DNA of 64,000 nt from an uncultured Gammaproteobacteria bacterium (GTDB taxonomy: Bacteria > Patescibacteriota > Microgenomatia > UBA10105 > UBA927): positions 176,627-240,626 of the forward strand of contig CAZVTT010000001.1 in the NCBI GenBank assembly GCA_964629685.1, in the 5' to 3' direction. Below are positions 22,331-32,514 of the stretch, in pieces (position 1 is the stretch's first letter; every line of letters begins with the position of its first letter). The translations under genes and the position numbers were made by a program. The notes under the pieces were generated by a model. The model was not told the DNA's origin. It ran no database searches and saw only the letters and a program-made list of their open reading frames with translations.

Positions 22331-23074
22331 ATGAACAGTATGCAGCACTATAAAAAATTCCTTATTCTCGCGACGCAGCGTACAGGCTCCAATTTTTTGG
22401 CATATCTTTTAAATGATCATCCCAAAATCGTTGCCATCGGTGAGGTATACGACAAAAAGGGAATCGCCGGTCATCCAGGAAAAGAATATTTAAATAATAA
22501 ACTGTATTTAAAAATTCTTCGTGATATCGCCCCATTATATTTTTTGAATCACTATATATATAATTGCTACCCGGAAGGAACGGCAGCCGTTGGTTTCAGA
22601 TTCTTATATAACCAGGCAGAATACTTTAAACAAGTCATTAACCAAATAGAAAATTCCCGTGATATTTGGATAATTCATCTCAAACGCAGAAACTTATTTG
22701 AAAGCTATGTTTCATTTCAGCTAGCCATTAAAACCGGAATTTGGATTTCTTATAAAGGCGGCGTCCACAATTCGGAAAAAATTTCAATCGATTTCGAAGA
22801 ATGCAAAGAATATTTCAATCAAACGACCTCTCTCCAAAAAAACTTTGACTCGAGATTTCGTCATCATAAGGTGCTTACCGTGTACTATGAGGACCTGCTT
22901 GAAAAACCAAAATCCGAAATTAAAAAAATACTAAAATTTCTTAATGTAGAATATCAGGAGCTACACTCGCAGATAAAGAAACAGACGACCGCATCTCCTC
23001 AAACAATCGTCACGAACTATAACGAGCTAAAGCGTAAATTTAAATCTACACCGTGGTATGGCATGTTTAGATAA
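22331..23074 (+). CDS. PAPS-dependent sulfotransferase (Stf0-like)
   Basis: 5'-PSB loop ATQRTGSNFL; HLKRRNLFESYVS; YYEDL. Confidence 0.88.
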   Translation: MNSMQHYKKFLILATQRTGSNFLAYLLNDHPKIVAIGEVYDKKGIAGHPGKEYLNNKLYLKILRDIAPLYFLNHYIYNCYPEGTAAVGFRFLYNQAEYFKQVINQIENSRDIWIIHLKRRNLFESYVSFQLAIKTGIWISYKGGVHNSEKISIDFEECKEYFNQTTSLQKNFDSRFRHHKVLTVYYEDLLEKPKSEIKKILKFLNVEYQELHSQIKKQTTASPQTIVTNYNELKRKFKSTPWYGMFR

Positions 23075-23089
23075 CCCTCATATATAAAG

Positions 23090-24175
23090 CTATACCCGAC
23101 TTAGTGTCGCTTTGTACAACTCCGCAGCACGAGACAATGAAAAACGCTTCTGAACATTTCTCCGTGCGTTTTTTCCTAACGAGAACCCTACCCGGTTATT
23201 TCTCTTTATATACAGAATTTTATTGTAAACATCATCTACTGAGTTGTCTGTTAACAGGCCTTCCTGTCCATCCGAAATTATTTCTTTAACCGCAGCACTG
23301 TCTGATGCGATAATCGCTTTACCCAGGATTGAATAATCGAGTATTTTTAAAGGTGAAAAATACCGCGGCAGATATGCTGTTTCATGATATAAAGCCAGAC
23401 AAATATCTGCCCGTCTTAACAATTGCATCACGGCAGTTTTAGAAACCGTGGGAATGAACGTAATATTTTTACCCCAACTAAAGGAATACCACGGCTCTGA
23501 TCCGATCACACAAAATTCAACGTTTTTGTCAGAATAATATATTTTTTGCGCAACCCTCTCAATAATATCTAAAGCATGCCAACGATGTCTTGCATTCCCT
23601 TCCCAAAACACCCAGTATTTACCTTTTTTTAACTTAAATTCCTTTAGTACGTTCTGAGTATTAACGGTAACTTCTTCTTGGTAAAAGTTGGGAACAACTC
23701 CGAATTGTTTTGCGGCAAGTTTTGGCGCTGAATAATGAGCTAAAGTATTTGATGGAAATATATAGGCATGAACAATATTTGAAAGCAACTTCCTTACAAC
23801 ATTATCTCTCGTCACTTGCATCCGAGTCAGAAGTGATCGACTATTGTAAAACCGTTCATCCGGCCAGGCGTGAATCTCCCAAATAATCTTTGTACGATAT
23901 GATAAAAACCTAAGCAACGTAAATACTTCCAGTAAACCGGAACCGTCAATGCGAATGTATATATACTTATAGCTCCGAGCTCGCGGCAATAACGAAACCA
24001 AATCGCGTACAATATCACTTTGCCGTTCGCATGAGTATAAGTCTACAGAGTAACCTGCAGACTCCATTGCCCTTTTTCTTAGCACGGTGTTTAGACTTGG
24101 TGCCCGTGTGGAAACTTGAAGATTGTATGTAATGAATAACACGCGCTTTCCGACTGGATTATTTTGATGGAGCAT
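23090..24175 (-). CDS. Glycosyltransferase family 4
   Basis: FSPLKILDYSILGKAIIASD; ATG at 24175 preferred (ORF track start 24232 overlaps wzt further). Confidence 0.8.
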   Translation of the reverse strand: MLHQNNPVGKRVLFITYNLQVSTRAPSLNTVLRKRAMESAGYSVDLYSCERQSDIVRDLVSLLPRARSYKYIYIRIDGSGLLEVFTLLRFLSYRTKIIWEIHAWPDERFYNSRSLLTRMQVTRDNVVRKLLSNIVHAYIFPSNTLAHYSAPKLAAKQFGVVPNFYQEEVTVNTQNVLKEFKLKKGKYWVFWEGNARHRWHALDIIERVAQKIYYSDKNVEFCVIGSEPWYSFSWGKNITFIPTVSKTAVMQLLRRADICLALYHETAYLPRYFSPLKILDYSILGKAIIASDSAAVKEIISDGQEGLLTDNSVDDVYNKILYIKRNNRVGFSLGKNARRNVQKRFSLSRAAELYKATLSRV

Positions 24176-24950
24176 ATCGGGAATTTTTTTTCTTTTCCAA
24201 TTTTTCGATAACTTCCGGCGGAATATAGTCATAGGTAAAGTTCTTGTAATACACCTTTATTGCTTCCAATCCCCCGTCGTAAATAATTTCGCCCTTACTG
24301 AGAATCAGTATTCTTTTGCAGTAGTCAAAAAACGTATATAAGTTATGAGATGCCATAATAATGGTCTTATCTTTACTAAACAACAGATTTGTCTCGGTTT
24401 TAATTTTATCCTTAAAATCCTGATCCCCTACCTGAAGTTGTTCGTCTAACAAAAAAATATCCGGCTTTGCATATATCGCGACTGAAAAACTTAATCGTAA
24501 TTTCATACCCAACGAATACGTATAGAGCGGCTCGTCAATAAACACTCCGATATCTGCATATCTAATGATTTCATCCATCCGATCGGATATTTCTTTGCGT
24601 GACATTCCCAGGATCATACCGTTGATATATATGTTTTCCCTTCCTGTTAAATCCGGATGAAAACCAGCTTCAAGCCCGATCAAAGAAACGACGCTACCCT
24701 CCAGACTCAGGCTTCCGGAAGTAGGGATGGTAATACCTGAAAGAATTTTAAGCAGCGTGGTCTTGCCGGAACCATTTTTACCCAGAATGCCCACTTTCTC
24801 ACCTTTACGGATGGTAAGAGAAATATTCTTTAGCGCATAGAAGTCATCAGATTTTTTCTGGAACAATCGTTCCGCAAATGTCGGCTTCTCATGACGAAGA
24901 GCGTATTTTTTTGAAATCTGATTTAATGAAATAATAGCGGGTTTCTTCAT
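24159..24950 (-). CDS. Polysaccharide ABC exporter ATP-binding subunit (Wzt/TagH-like)
   Basis: GKNGSGKTT, GFHPDLTGREN, YSLGMKLRL, LLDE, SH. Confidence 0.92.
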   Translation of the reverse strand: MKKPAIISLNQISKKYALRHEKPTFAERLFQKKSDDFYALKNISLTIRKGEKVGILGKNGSGKTTLLKILSGITIPTSGSLSLEGSVVSLIGLEAGFHPDLTGRENIYINGMILGMSRKEISDRMDEIIRYADIGVFIDEPLYTYSLGMKLRLSFSVAIYAKPDIFLLDEQLQVGDQDFKDKIKTETNLLFSKDKTIIMASHNLYTFFDYCKRILILSKGEIIYDGGLEAIKVYYKNFTYDYIPPEVIEKLEKKKNSRYAPSK

Positions 24951-25738
24951 ACAAGATCATCAAAAGAATTACTTTGTCTATTAAAAATAGAATATCCGAT
25001 ACATGAAACCGCTAGGATTATTAGCCCATTCCAGAGCATTATTGCTGTGCTTGGAAATACGCCGCCCAATAACGCATACTGAAACAATTGAATAATCACG
25101 GTTAGCGGATTAAAAAACCATAACCAAACGTATTCCCGGGGAATAAACGATAGTGTAAACACTATGGGTGTTGCATAAAACCAAACTAGAATAAGTGCCT
25201 GGACAAAAAAATAGACGTCTCTATATTTTACATTGAGAGCCGTCGTGAACAAACCAAGACCACTGGTAAACATCAGTAACAGAATTATTCCCAGGAAAAG
25301 GTAAGGAATATTAGTAAAGGAAAAGGTACCGATAAACAGAACAGGAACAATAAAAATTAACAGCGAGAGCAAAAAATGTACAAAATTAGATAAAATGATT
25401 GACAATGGGATTACTGCAACGGGAAATTTTGCTTTTTTGATTAATACCCGCTCATAAACCACGCTGGGGGTTGCCTTGGTAAGGGAAAGTGTAAAGAAAT
25501 TCCATATTATTAATCCTGAAAATAAGTAGTAGAAATAATATTCTACCTGTTGCTTAATAAAAAATTGAAAAACAGAACCAATCACCAGCATTTGTAGTAA
25601 TGGATTAACGAAAACCCACACGAAGCCAAATATGGTATTTTTATACCGGGCCTTTAACTCCTTCTCTGTCATCATCGCCAGCAGATCAAAAAATAATCTG
25701 ATTTTTTTCCGTGTATTCTGATCCATAAATAAAACCAC
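24947..25738 (-). CDS. Polysaccharide ABC exporter permease (Wzm/TagG-like)
   Basis: ELKARYKNTIFGFVW, YRDV, FYATPI, NPLT; start may be ATG 25726. Confidence 0.92.
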   Translation of the reverse strand: MVLFMDQNTRKKIRLFFDLLAMMTEKELKARYKNTIFGFVWVFVNPLLQMLVIGSVFQFFIKQQVEYYFYYLFSGLIIWNFFTLSLTKATPSVVYERVLIKKAKFPVAVIPLSIILSNFVHFLLSLLIFIVPVLFIGTFSFTNIPYLFLGIILLLMFTSGLGLFTTALNVKYRDVYFFVQALILVWFYATPIVFTLSFIPREYVWLWFFNPLTVIIQLFQYALLGGVFPSTAIMLWNGLIILAVSCIGYSIFNRQSNSFDDLV

Positions 25739-25979
25739 TGCTAAATTTTAGGCAAGCGATGTGAAGTATACTATTATATATGTCCATCGTAAAATCCGAT
25801 TATTTTGAAGCTTGATTATTTATTAATTAGTCTTTGACTATAAGTTTAGAATAATCTAAAGTGATACTCAGAATACAGACACTCTGCGACTGCCTCTAGA
25901 CTACTAAACCGTTCTCATGAAAAAGTTTATCGTTATAATCCATCCGATAGTAAGACAAAAAAACAACGAATAAAATACT

Positions 25980-27233
25980 ATGAACGTTTTTGTAAGATAC
26001 GCGAAAAAGCTAAAAAACAAATTATACAGAGCATTGGGCGTTAACTCAGCAGATACGATCCCCACACATCAGTACGACTTCAAAAAGATTGACGCTAAAC
26101 GGATATATACAATAGTACTTTCCGGAAATCTGCATCATAAAATTGGGTCCGAAACAAAAGAACTTGAACATGAATTTGCGGACTATCACAAAACTAAATT
26201 TGCGGTTTCAACCAACTCCGGTACCTCAGCGCTGGAGATGGCGCTGAAAGCAATCGGAATAAAACCAGGCGATGAGGTTATTGTTCCGGCGTATACGTTT
26301 GTAGCTACGGCACAGGCCGTGTTAAACCGAGGTGGAATTCCGATTTTTGCTGATATTGACGATACGTATACAATTTCTCCCGAATCGGTGCGCACAAAAA
26401 TATCAAAGAGAACAAAGGCAATAATACCCGTACATATATTCGGAAATCCGGCTGACATGGATGCAATTAACAGCATCGCGAAAGATCATAAACTAAAAGT
26501 AATTGAAGATGCGTGCCAAGCTGTTGGAGCAAGATACAAAGGAAAACCGGTCGGAAGCCTGGGAGACATTGGTTGCTTTTCTTTTGATATCAAGAAAGCC
26601 ATTTACACGGGACAGGGGGGAATGCTCATAACATCGGATAAAAAAATAGCCTCAATCGCAATACAGACACGAGAAACAGGCCAATTACACGACGATACCG
26701 GAAGCGATGTGGTAACAACAGGAAACACATACGCACTAACGGAAATGCAGTCAGCGCTTGCCAGGATTATACTCAACCAGCTGAATACACTAAATGATTT
26801 AAGACGAAGTTCGTATAATTTATTTGTAAAAACCATGGATACGACTGCTTTGCCCATTAACTGGTATCGGATTCTCCCCCTGGCGGAACCATCTTTTAGT
26901 CGGTTAGTTTTTATGATCAACTTTCAGAAATTAACCGTTAACCGAAAAGATTTCCTGCACGAAATGAAAAACCTTTCCATTCCGTTAAAAACATTCTATC
27001 CCGTTCCTCTGTACAAATACTCTCTTTTTCAAAAAAAGCGTGACCTACTCACCGGAAGCACCTTTCCGTTCGACCAAAACTCAAGAGTTTCGTATACTAC
27101 GGTAAGACTTCCCTACGCAGAAAAATTCTGTGCATCTCAGGTGGGGATGGACTTTAGCCCATACCTAAAAACACAACATATTCATAAACTGACCACAATT
27201 ATTAGGTCGGTTATTCTTAAATACACCAACTAA
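25980..27233 (+). CDS. DegT/DnrJ/EryC1/StrS PLP-dependent sugar aminotransferase
   Basis: NSGTSALE, GDEVIVP, PVHIFG, IEDACQA, FSF..KK..TGQGG. Confidence 0.92.
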   Translation: MNVFVRYAKKLKNKLYRALGVNSADTIPTHQYDFKKIDAKRIYTIVLSGNLHHKIGSETKELEHEFADYHKTKFAVSTNSGTSALEMALKAIGIKPGDEVIVPAYTFVATAQAVLNRGGIPIFADIDDTYTISPESVRTKISKRTKAIIPVHIFGNPADMDAINSIAKDHKLKVIEDACQAVGARYKGKPVGSLGDIGCFSFDIKKAIYTGQGGMLITSDKKIASIAIQTRETGQLHDDTGSDVVTTGNTYALTEMQSALARIILNQLNTLNDLRRSSYNLFVKTMDTTALPINWYRILPLAEPSFSRLVFMINFQKLTVNRKDFLHEMKNLSIPLKTFYPVPLYKYSLFQKKRDLLTGSTFPFDQNSRVSYTTVRLPYAEKFCASQVGMDFSPYLKTQHIHKLTTIIRSVILKYTN

Positions 27234-27234
27234 T

Positions 27235-28257
27235 ATGAAAAGAAAAAAAATCAAAATCGGACTTGTTGGGTTAGGGTTCATTAGTGATGTCCATATCGAG
27301 GCATACAGGAGAAGAGATGATGTCTTCATAAAAGCATTATCCGATAGCAACCAATCTCTTCTTCTTCAGAAAGCCGAGACATTGGGCATAAAAGAGACGT
27401 ATCCTGACTACAACTTTATGCTCAATGACAAAGATATAGACGTTATCGACGTCATGACTCCTCATTTTTTGCATAAAGAATGTGTACTTGCAGCATTAGA
27501 TAAAGGAAAAACCGTCATTTGCGAAAAGCCGTTAACAACGAATAGTAAAGACGTTACCGCAATCGAAACAAAAATTAAACAAACTCAAAAAAACGTCTAT
27601 GTAAAACAATACCTCCGACAGTCCTTAGCTTACAAAAAGGCATACGAACTTATCACCTCCGATACGTTAGGGAAAGTATATTTTGTGCAATGCCTTTTTA
27701 CCGGAAACTCCACCAAAGAACACCTCGATCCAAAGTCATGGCGGGGAAACAAACAGCTGGCCGGAGGTGGAATACTTATGGATATTGGCGTACATATTAT
27801 AGATATGCTGCAATCTTTTTTTGGTTCTCCACAGGCAGTATATGGGCGCACAAAGAGAATAGCGTCCCCCTTACAAGAGAAGGGTGAAGACTTTGCTACT
27901 GCCGTATTTGAATTTCCCCATGATCTGATCGTAAACTTAGGCGCGACACAATGCGATACGGGATACAAATTCAGATGGGAAATACGCTTCTATGGAACCA
28001 GGGGTGTAATGACGGTAATTGACCACAGTAGAGATCTTAAAGAACTGCAGGTAATCAAAAATAAAGAAGTCGTGTATTCGTTTCAAGAAACCAACTGGTG
28101 GCAAGATTCAAATATAAGAGCTTTAAATACTATAATTGACGCTATCAGTCGCGGGTCTCCCCCACCCATCTCACTCCGCGAGGCAAAAACCGTTATTAAA
28201 ACCATAGAGGCAATATATTCGGCAGATGTTAAGAAAACACGGATAATTACTTCCTAG
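27235..28257 (+). CDS. Gfo/Idh/MocA family oxidoreductase
   Basis: GLVGLGFI, TPHFLH, CEKP, GGGILMDIGVHIID. Confidence 0.92.
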   Translation: MKRKKIKIGLVGLGFISDVHIEAYRRRDDVFIKALSDSNQSLLLQKAETLGIKETYPDYNFMLNDKDIDVIDVMTPHFLHKECVLAALDKGKTVICEKPLTTNSKDVTAIETKIKQTQKNVYVKQYLRQSLAYKKAYELITSDTLGKVYFVQCLFTGNSTKEHLDPKSWRGNKQLAGGGILMDIGVHIIDMLQSFFGSPQAVYGRTKRIASPLQEKGEDFATAVFEFPHDLIVNLGATQCDTGYKFRWEIRFYGTRGVMTVIDHSRDLKELQVIKNKEVVYSFQETNWWQDSNIRALNTIIDAISRGSPPPISLREAKTVIKTIEAIYSADVKKTRIITS

Positions 28258-28487
28258 AACATGTCAGCTTAACACTCAACACATTCGTACAATGAAAACA
28301 GATATATATCCTGCAACGGTCAGGTGAGAGCAATCGGAATACAAAAACTACAATAATGCCACGGACTTTTACCGGACTAATCACCAATGGAAATTCTGTG
28401 CTTAAATAATAATTATAAGGATAACAATTAGAGTGGTGGTTGAGTCTATCATCACAAAAAAAACAGCGTTATAATGAAGTTCATTCT

Positions 28488-29081
28488 ATGGATCTTATCT
28501 CCCGACTATTTGCATTAATAATTTTGTGCATAATTTCTCCCATATTGTTGCTTTGCGTCTTATGTATTGTCTTTACCAGCGGACCACCGGTGTTCTTTAC
28601 CCAAAAAAGATTCGGCCGAAACAATAGACTGTTTGCTATATATAAATTTAGGACAATGGTCGTAAATGCGGAAAGGCTGAAACCGAAACTCATGCGTTAC
28701 AACGAGGCACATGGTCCTGTTTTCAAAATCCACCAGGATCCGCGATTTACAAAAATCGGCAAATTTCTTAGTCATACCGGACTAGATGAACTTCCCCAGT
28801 TGTTTAATGTCTTAAGAGGAGATATGGCACTTATTGGTCCACGCCCTCTTCCGCCGGAAGAAGCAATAAAATTAAAGAAATGGCAACAAAAAAGACACAC
28901 AATTAAACCGGGAATTGTTTCTCCATGGGTTTTTGAAGGCTATCATTCAAGTTCTTTTGACGACTGGATGGAAAGCGACATTCAGTATTCAAAAAATAAG
29001 AATTTATTCACAGATCTCATTCTTACCGTCAGAGCTATTTCTATGTTTATTAAACTTATAGGTAAGGAACTTTTTGCCTAA
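28488..29081 (+). CDS. Phosphoglycosyl (priming sugar) transferase
   Basis: YKFRTM, DPRFTKIGKFL, LDELPQLFNVLRGDMALIGPRP; ATG 28488 preferred over TTG 28440. Confidence 0.92.
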   Translation: MDLISRLFALIILCIISPILLLCVLCIVFTSGPPVFFTQKRFGRNNRLFAIYKFRTMVVNAERLKPKLMRYNEAHGPVFKIHQDPRFTKIGKFLSHTGLDELPQLFNVLRGDMALIGPRPLPPEEAIKLKKWQQKRHTIKPGIVSPWVFEGYHSSSFDDWMESDIQYSKNKNLFTDLILTVRAISMFIKLIGKELFA

Positions 29082-29096
29082 CGGTACGCGCTTTAG

Positions 29097-29125
29097 TGGA
29101 CAGAAACCAACAAAACATATATACT
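29097..29125 (+). promoter_or_regulatory. Sigma70-type promoter of the rpmH operon (leaderless)
   Basis: TGGACA-17 bp-TATACT, ending 7 nt before the rpmH ATG. Confidence 0.6.
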
Positions 29126-29132
29126 ATTATCC

Positions 29133-29270
29133 ATGTCAAAACGAACGTACCAACCCAGCAAGAAAAAAAGAGTCAGAACCCACGGGTTTCGATCTCGCAT
29201 GAAAACCGCAAACGGCCGCAAAGTATTAAAGCGTCGTCGCGTGACCGGACGCAAGCGATTAGCGCTTTAA
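29133..29270 (+). CDS. rpmH: 50S ribosomal protein L34
   Basis: Translated by hand (absent from ORF track): [45 protein letters not shown]. Confidence 0.97.
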   Translation: MSKRTYQPSKKKRVRTHGFRSRMKTANGRKVLKRRRVTGRKRLAL

Positions 29271-29297
29271 ACAGCCGGATTACTCTCGCAGCGCATC

Positions 29298-29636
29298 ATG
29301 TTACCCAAGGCCCATCGCCTATCTAAGGCTGCATTCCAACAAACCCTGAAAACAAAACCCGTATTCGTACAACGTGGTGTTCGGGTTTATCGCTTGTCAA
29401 ATGTAATCCAGAATACACGAATCGGCTTTCGTATCACTGGACGGATTTCCGCCGTAACCAGGAACAAGATCAAACGACTAACAAGAGAAGCTCTCCTGAC
29501 ACTGCTTCCTACACTTCAATCGCATCTGAATATTGTTATCATTTTGCAGTATTCAAAAGAATTAGAATCGAAACCGCAACTGAAACATATACTCGGTTCC
29601 ATAATCAAGGAATGTGACATTGTACGCAAACCATGA
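29298..29636 (+). CDS. rnpA: Ribonuclease P protein component
   Basis: [22 protein letters not shown] (RNR motif); position after rpmH. Confidence 0.92.
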   Translation: MLPKAHRLSKAAFQQTLKTKPVFVQRGVRVYRLSNVIQNTRIGFRITGRISAVTRNKIKRLTREALLTLLPTLQSHLNIVIILQYSKELESKPQLKHILGSIIKECDIVRKP

Positions 29637-29869
29637 AAACGATATTGTTACGGTTTATTCGTTTATATCAACATATCCTTTCCCCCGACACAGGACTGCC
29701 TAAACTGTTGTTTCCCGCTCTGCGAATTTGTCGGTATACACCCACTTGTAGTCAATATGCATACGATGCAGTCGGACGCCATGGTATAATAGCTGGCACG
29801 TGGTTGAGTTTGAGGAGAATACTCCGCTGCCACCCATGGAATCGGGGAGGTTTTGATCCGGTCCCCTAA
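29633..29869 (+). CDS. yidD: Membrane protein insertion efficiency factor
   Basis: [28 protein letters not shown]. Confidence 0.95.
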   Translation: MKTILLRFIRLYQHILSPDTGLPKLLFPALRICRYTPTCSQYAYDAVGRHGIIAGTWLSLRRILRCHPWNRGGFDPVP

Positions 29870-29876
29870 AAAAATT

Positions 29877-30689
29877 ATGATAAACCCAACACTTTGGAAT
29901 CAGATACTGGTTTGGCCGATATTAAATTTATTGATTACCTTCTACAAACTATTTGAATGGCTTAAGATCCCCGGAGCTTTAGGATTTGCCATCATATTGC
30001 TCACACTTTGCATGAGGTTGCTTCTCTACCCGCTTATGACGGCTCAGTTAAAATCCGCCCGTAAAATGGCAAAACTAAAACCTCACCTGGATGACTTGTC
30101 AAAAAAACACAAGGACAATAAAACTGCGTTACAACAAGCACAGCTTGAACTATATAAAGAGCATGGAGTAAACCCGGCTGCCGGATGTTTACCACTGCTT
30201 ATCCAATTTCCGGTCCTTATAGCACTTTATGGTGTATTTAACTCAATATTCAGCGCTGGTGATGTTGGTAAATTTATAGAATCAGTTAATACTATTGTAT
30301 ATTCCCCCGCCTTAAAATTAACGTCGCTTGATCTGACATTCTTCGGTATGAATTTGAATACGAAACCATCGGAATGGCAGACACACGGTTGGTGGTTGCT
30401 GGCTATACCGGTAATTACCGCTGGATTGCAATGGTACCAGACTAAACTTATGATGCCTCAGGAGCCACCAAAGCCATCTCCTGCTGCAATCAAACCAACA
30501 AAAAACAAGCAGGAAGAAGAAAAACCCAAAGAGGACATGGCGATGGAAATGCAGAAACAAATGGCTATTATTACCCCGCTTATGTTCGGATTTTTTGCCT
30601 TACAGTTTCCGGTAGGATTAGCGCTATACTGGAATGTATTCGGCATTTTTGGTATTATCCACCAAAGGATTATTAATGCACAATCGTGA
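29877..30689 (+). CDS. yidC: Membrane protein insertase YidC (short form)
   Basis: GFAIILLT..RLLLYP, LYKEHGVNPAAGCLPLLIQFP, GLALYW. Confidence 0.93.
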   Translation: MINPTLWNQILVWPILNLLITFYKLFEWLKIPGALGFAIILLTLCMRLLLYPLMTAQLKSARKMAKLKPHLDDLSKKHKDNKTALQQAQLELYKEHGVNPAAGCLPLLIQFPVLIALYGVFNSIFSAGDVGKFIESVNTIVYSPALKLTSLDLTFFGMNLNTKPSEWQTHGWWLLAIPVITAGLQWYQTKLMMPQEPPKPSPAAIKPTKNKQEEEKPKEDMAMEMQKQMAIITPLMFGFFALQFPVGLALYWNVFGIFGIIHQRIINAQS

Positions 30690-30700
30690 GAGAGGAAGTT

Positions 30701-31168
30701 ATGGAACATACTGACACTATCAAAACGTTAACCGAAGACCTGTTAAACCGACTCGAAGTTACCGGCACTGTTCGTATTGATGTAGACGAAACCAATGCAT
30801 ACAGGGTACATATAGAAACGGAAGAAACCGGACTTTTAATTGGTTTTCACGGCAAAACATTGGAAAGTTTTCAGATTATACTGGGTATCATTGTTTCAAA
30901 GGCGCTCGGCACATGGGCACGGGTATATGTAAACGTAGGTGATTACCGCGAAAAGCGGGAAGAAGCACTCATGCTTATGGCCCAACATGCAGCAGAACGC
31001 GCGCTGGCATCAGGACGAGCTGTAGAACTGACCCACTTGTCACCTGCAGAACGCCGGGTAATCCACTTAACACTATCCGGTGACGATCGCGTTGCTACGG
31101 AATCAACAGGTGAAGGTGACCAAAGGAAGCTTTTAGTAAAACCAAAAGATCAGGTTGTTTCCGCATAG
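30701..31168 (+). CDS. jag: Jag/EloR-like RNA-binding protein (KH + R3H)
   Basis: LIGFHGKTL (KH), ERRVIH (R3H), STGEG; AGAGGA precedes ATG 30701. Confidence 0.88.
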   Translation: MEHTDTIKTLTEDLLNRLEVTGTVRIDVDETNAYRVHIETEETGLLIGFHGKTLESFQIILGIIVSKALGTWARVYVNVGDYREKREEALMLMAQHAAERALASGRAVELTHLSPAERRVIHLTLSGDDRVATESTGEGDQRKLLVKPKDQVVSA

Positions 31169-31216
31169 AACTGCCACGGTATTACCACCAACGAGAAACA
31201 CGCTATACTGCTTCGT

Positions 31217-32491
31217 ATGCGACCGTTTCACCGAAAGCTATTTTACCTGCTTTCATTTTTAATTCCGACACAACTTGCAGCTCATTTCTGGCCAGAATGG
31301 AGCAGCATATTGGGTCGCAGGATAGACTACCTCTCCCCTGCTGTTTACCTAACGGATGTAGTTATAGCTGTACTTTGTATTCACTTCTGGTATTCCTTTC
31401 GAAAAAAACTTGCGGCCACTCTGGCGAAACACAAAATTATACTCACTTCACTATTTATACTGATTATCTGTAACGTTATTTCCGCAACATCCTGGGAAGT
31501 AAGCCTTTGGCACTGGATTAAATATATTGGAATTGGAATGGTCTGCTGGTACATCTATGAAAGCAAACCAGAAGAACGCTTACTCAGACTTTCTCTCCTG
31601 GGAGGCATGTCTATCTCCATTGCCTTAGCACTGGCACAATTTATTCTTCAAAAATCCGTAGGATCGGTATTCTGGTTTCTTGGTGAACGCACCTTCGCCA
31701 TTGATACACCCGGAATTGCCAGAACCACGCTCGGTGTAATTACGGGAAATGAACTGACAAATGGAGCATTGTTTCTTCGTCCATACGGGACATTCCCCCA
31801 CCCCAATGTTTTGGGTGGTATATCTGCCACACTCCTACCTCTTTTTCTAATACCCGATAAAATCCTGTCCCGATCTATACGCATTACGGGTGTACTGGTT
31901 TTATTCATTGGAATTTTTATATCGTTTAGCCGTAGCGCCATGATTGTCGGATTACTCCTGCTGCTAGGATACCAATGTCGACACATCATTCACAAAGTAT
32001 TAGACAGAATGCCCGGCCTGGTGAATCTGGGAGCTATCACACTGCTCTTCTTAACGCTAACTGCTCTCCCGCTCTGGCTACGCTTTGGCGAAAGTACAAT
32101 AAAACGTGCGGATTTAATACGCGCATCTCTGTTGATTATTAAAGGCCATCCAATATTCGGAGTCGGTTTGGGGAATTTTCTCCCCGCCTTACCTGCATAC
32201 ATGAATAGTAAAGATGTGTACTTTCTTCAGCCGGTTCATAATATTTTTTTACTACTGCAAAGCGAAATTGGTGTAATACTCTGGATTTTTATCGGCATAG
32301 GATGGATATTGATTAATAGACAAAAATCTCCCGCGTTTTTATCTCCCTGGAAAATCTCATTAGTTGCGATACTCCTGTTGGGAACATTGGACCATTATCC
32401 GGTTACGCTACAACAGGGACTACTCATCTTTAGCGTTTGTCTCGGTCAATCCGTTAGCACGGTACACCGCAAAACGACAGTCAACAGCTAA
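31217..32491 (+). CDS. O-antigen ligase-like membrane protein
   Basis: RPYGTFPHPNVLGG, SFSRSA, HPIFGVGLGNF, PVHNIFLL. Confidence 0.85.
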   Translation: MRPFHRKLFYLLSFLIPTQLAAHFWPEWSSILGRRIDYLSPAVYLTDVVIAVLCIHFWYSFRKKLAATLAKHKIILTSLFILIICNVISATSWEVSLWHWIKYIGIGMVCWYIYESKPEERLLRLSLLGGMSISIALALAQFILQKSVGSVFWFLGERTFAIDTPGIARTTLGVITGNELTNGALFLRPYGTFPHPNVLGGISATLLPLFLIPDKILSRSIRITGVLVLFIGIFISFSRSAMIVGLLLLLGYQCRHIIHKVLDRMPGLVNLGAITLLFLTLTALPLWLRFGESTIKRADLIRASLLIIKGHPIFGVGLGNFLPALPAYMNSKDVYFLQPVHNIFLLLQSEIGVILWIFIGIGWILINRQKSPAFLSPWKISLVAILLLGTLDHYPVTLQQGLLIFSVCLGQSVSTVHRKTTVNS

Positions 32492-32514
32492 ATACCCTGT
32501 GTTACAATTGCCCC

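Noticed and set aside
29096-29326. 76-aa ORF from the track
   Set aside because: Off-frame shadow of rpmH (29133-29270), which is the real gene
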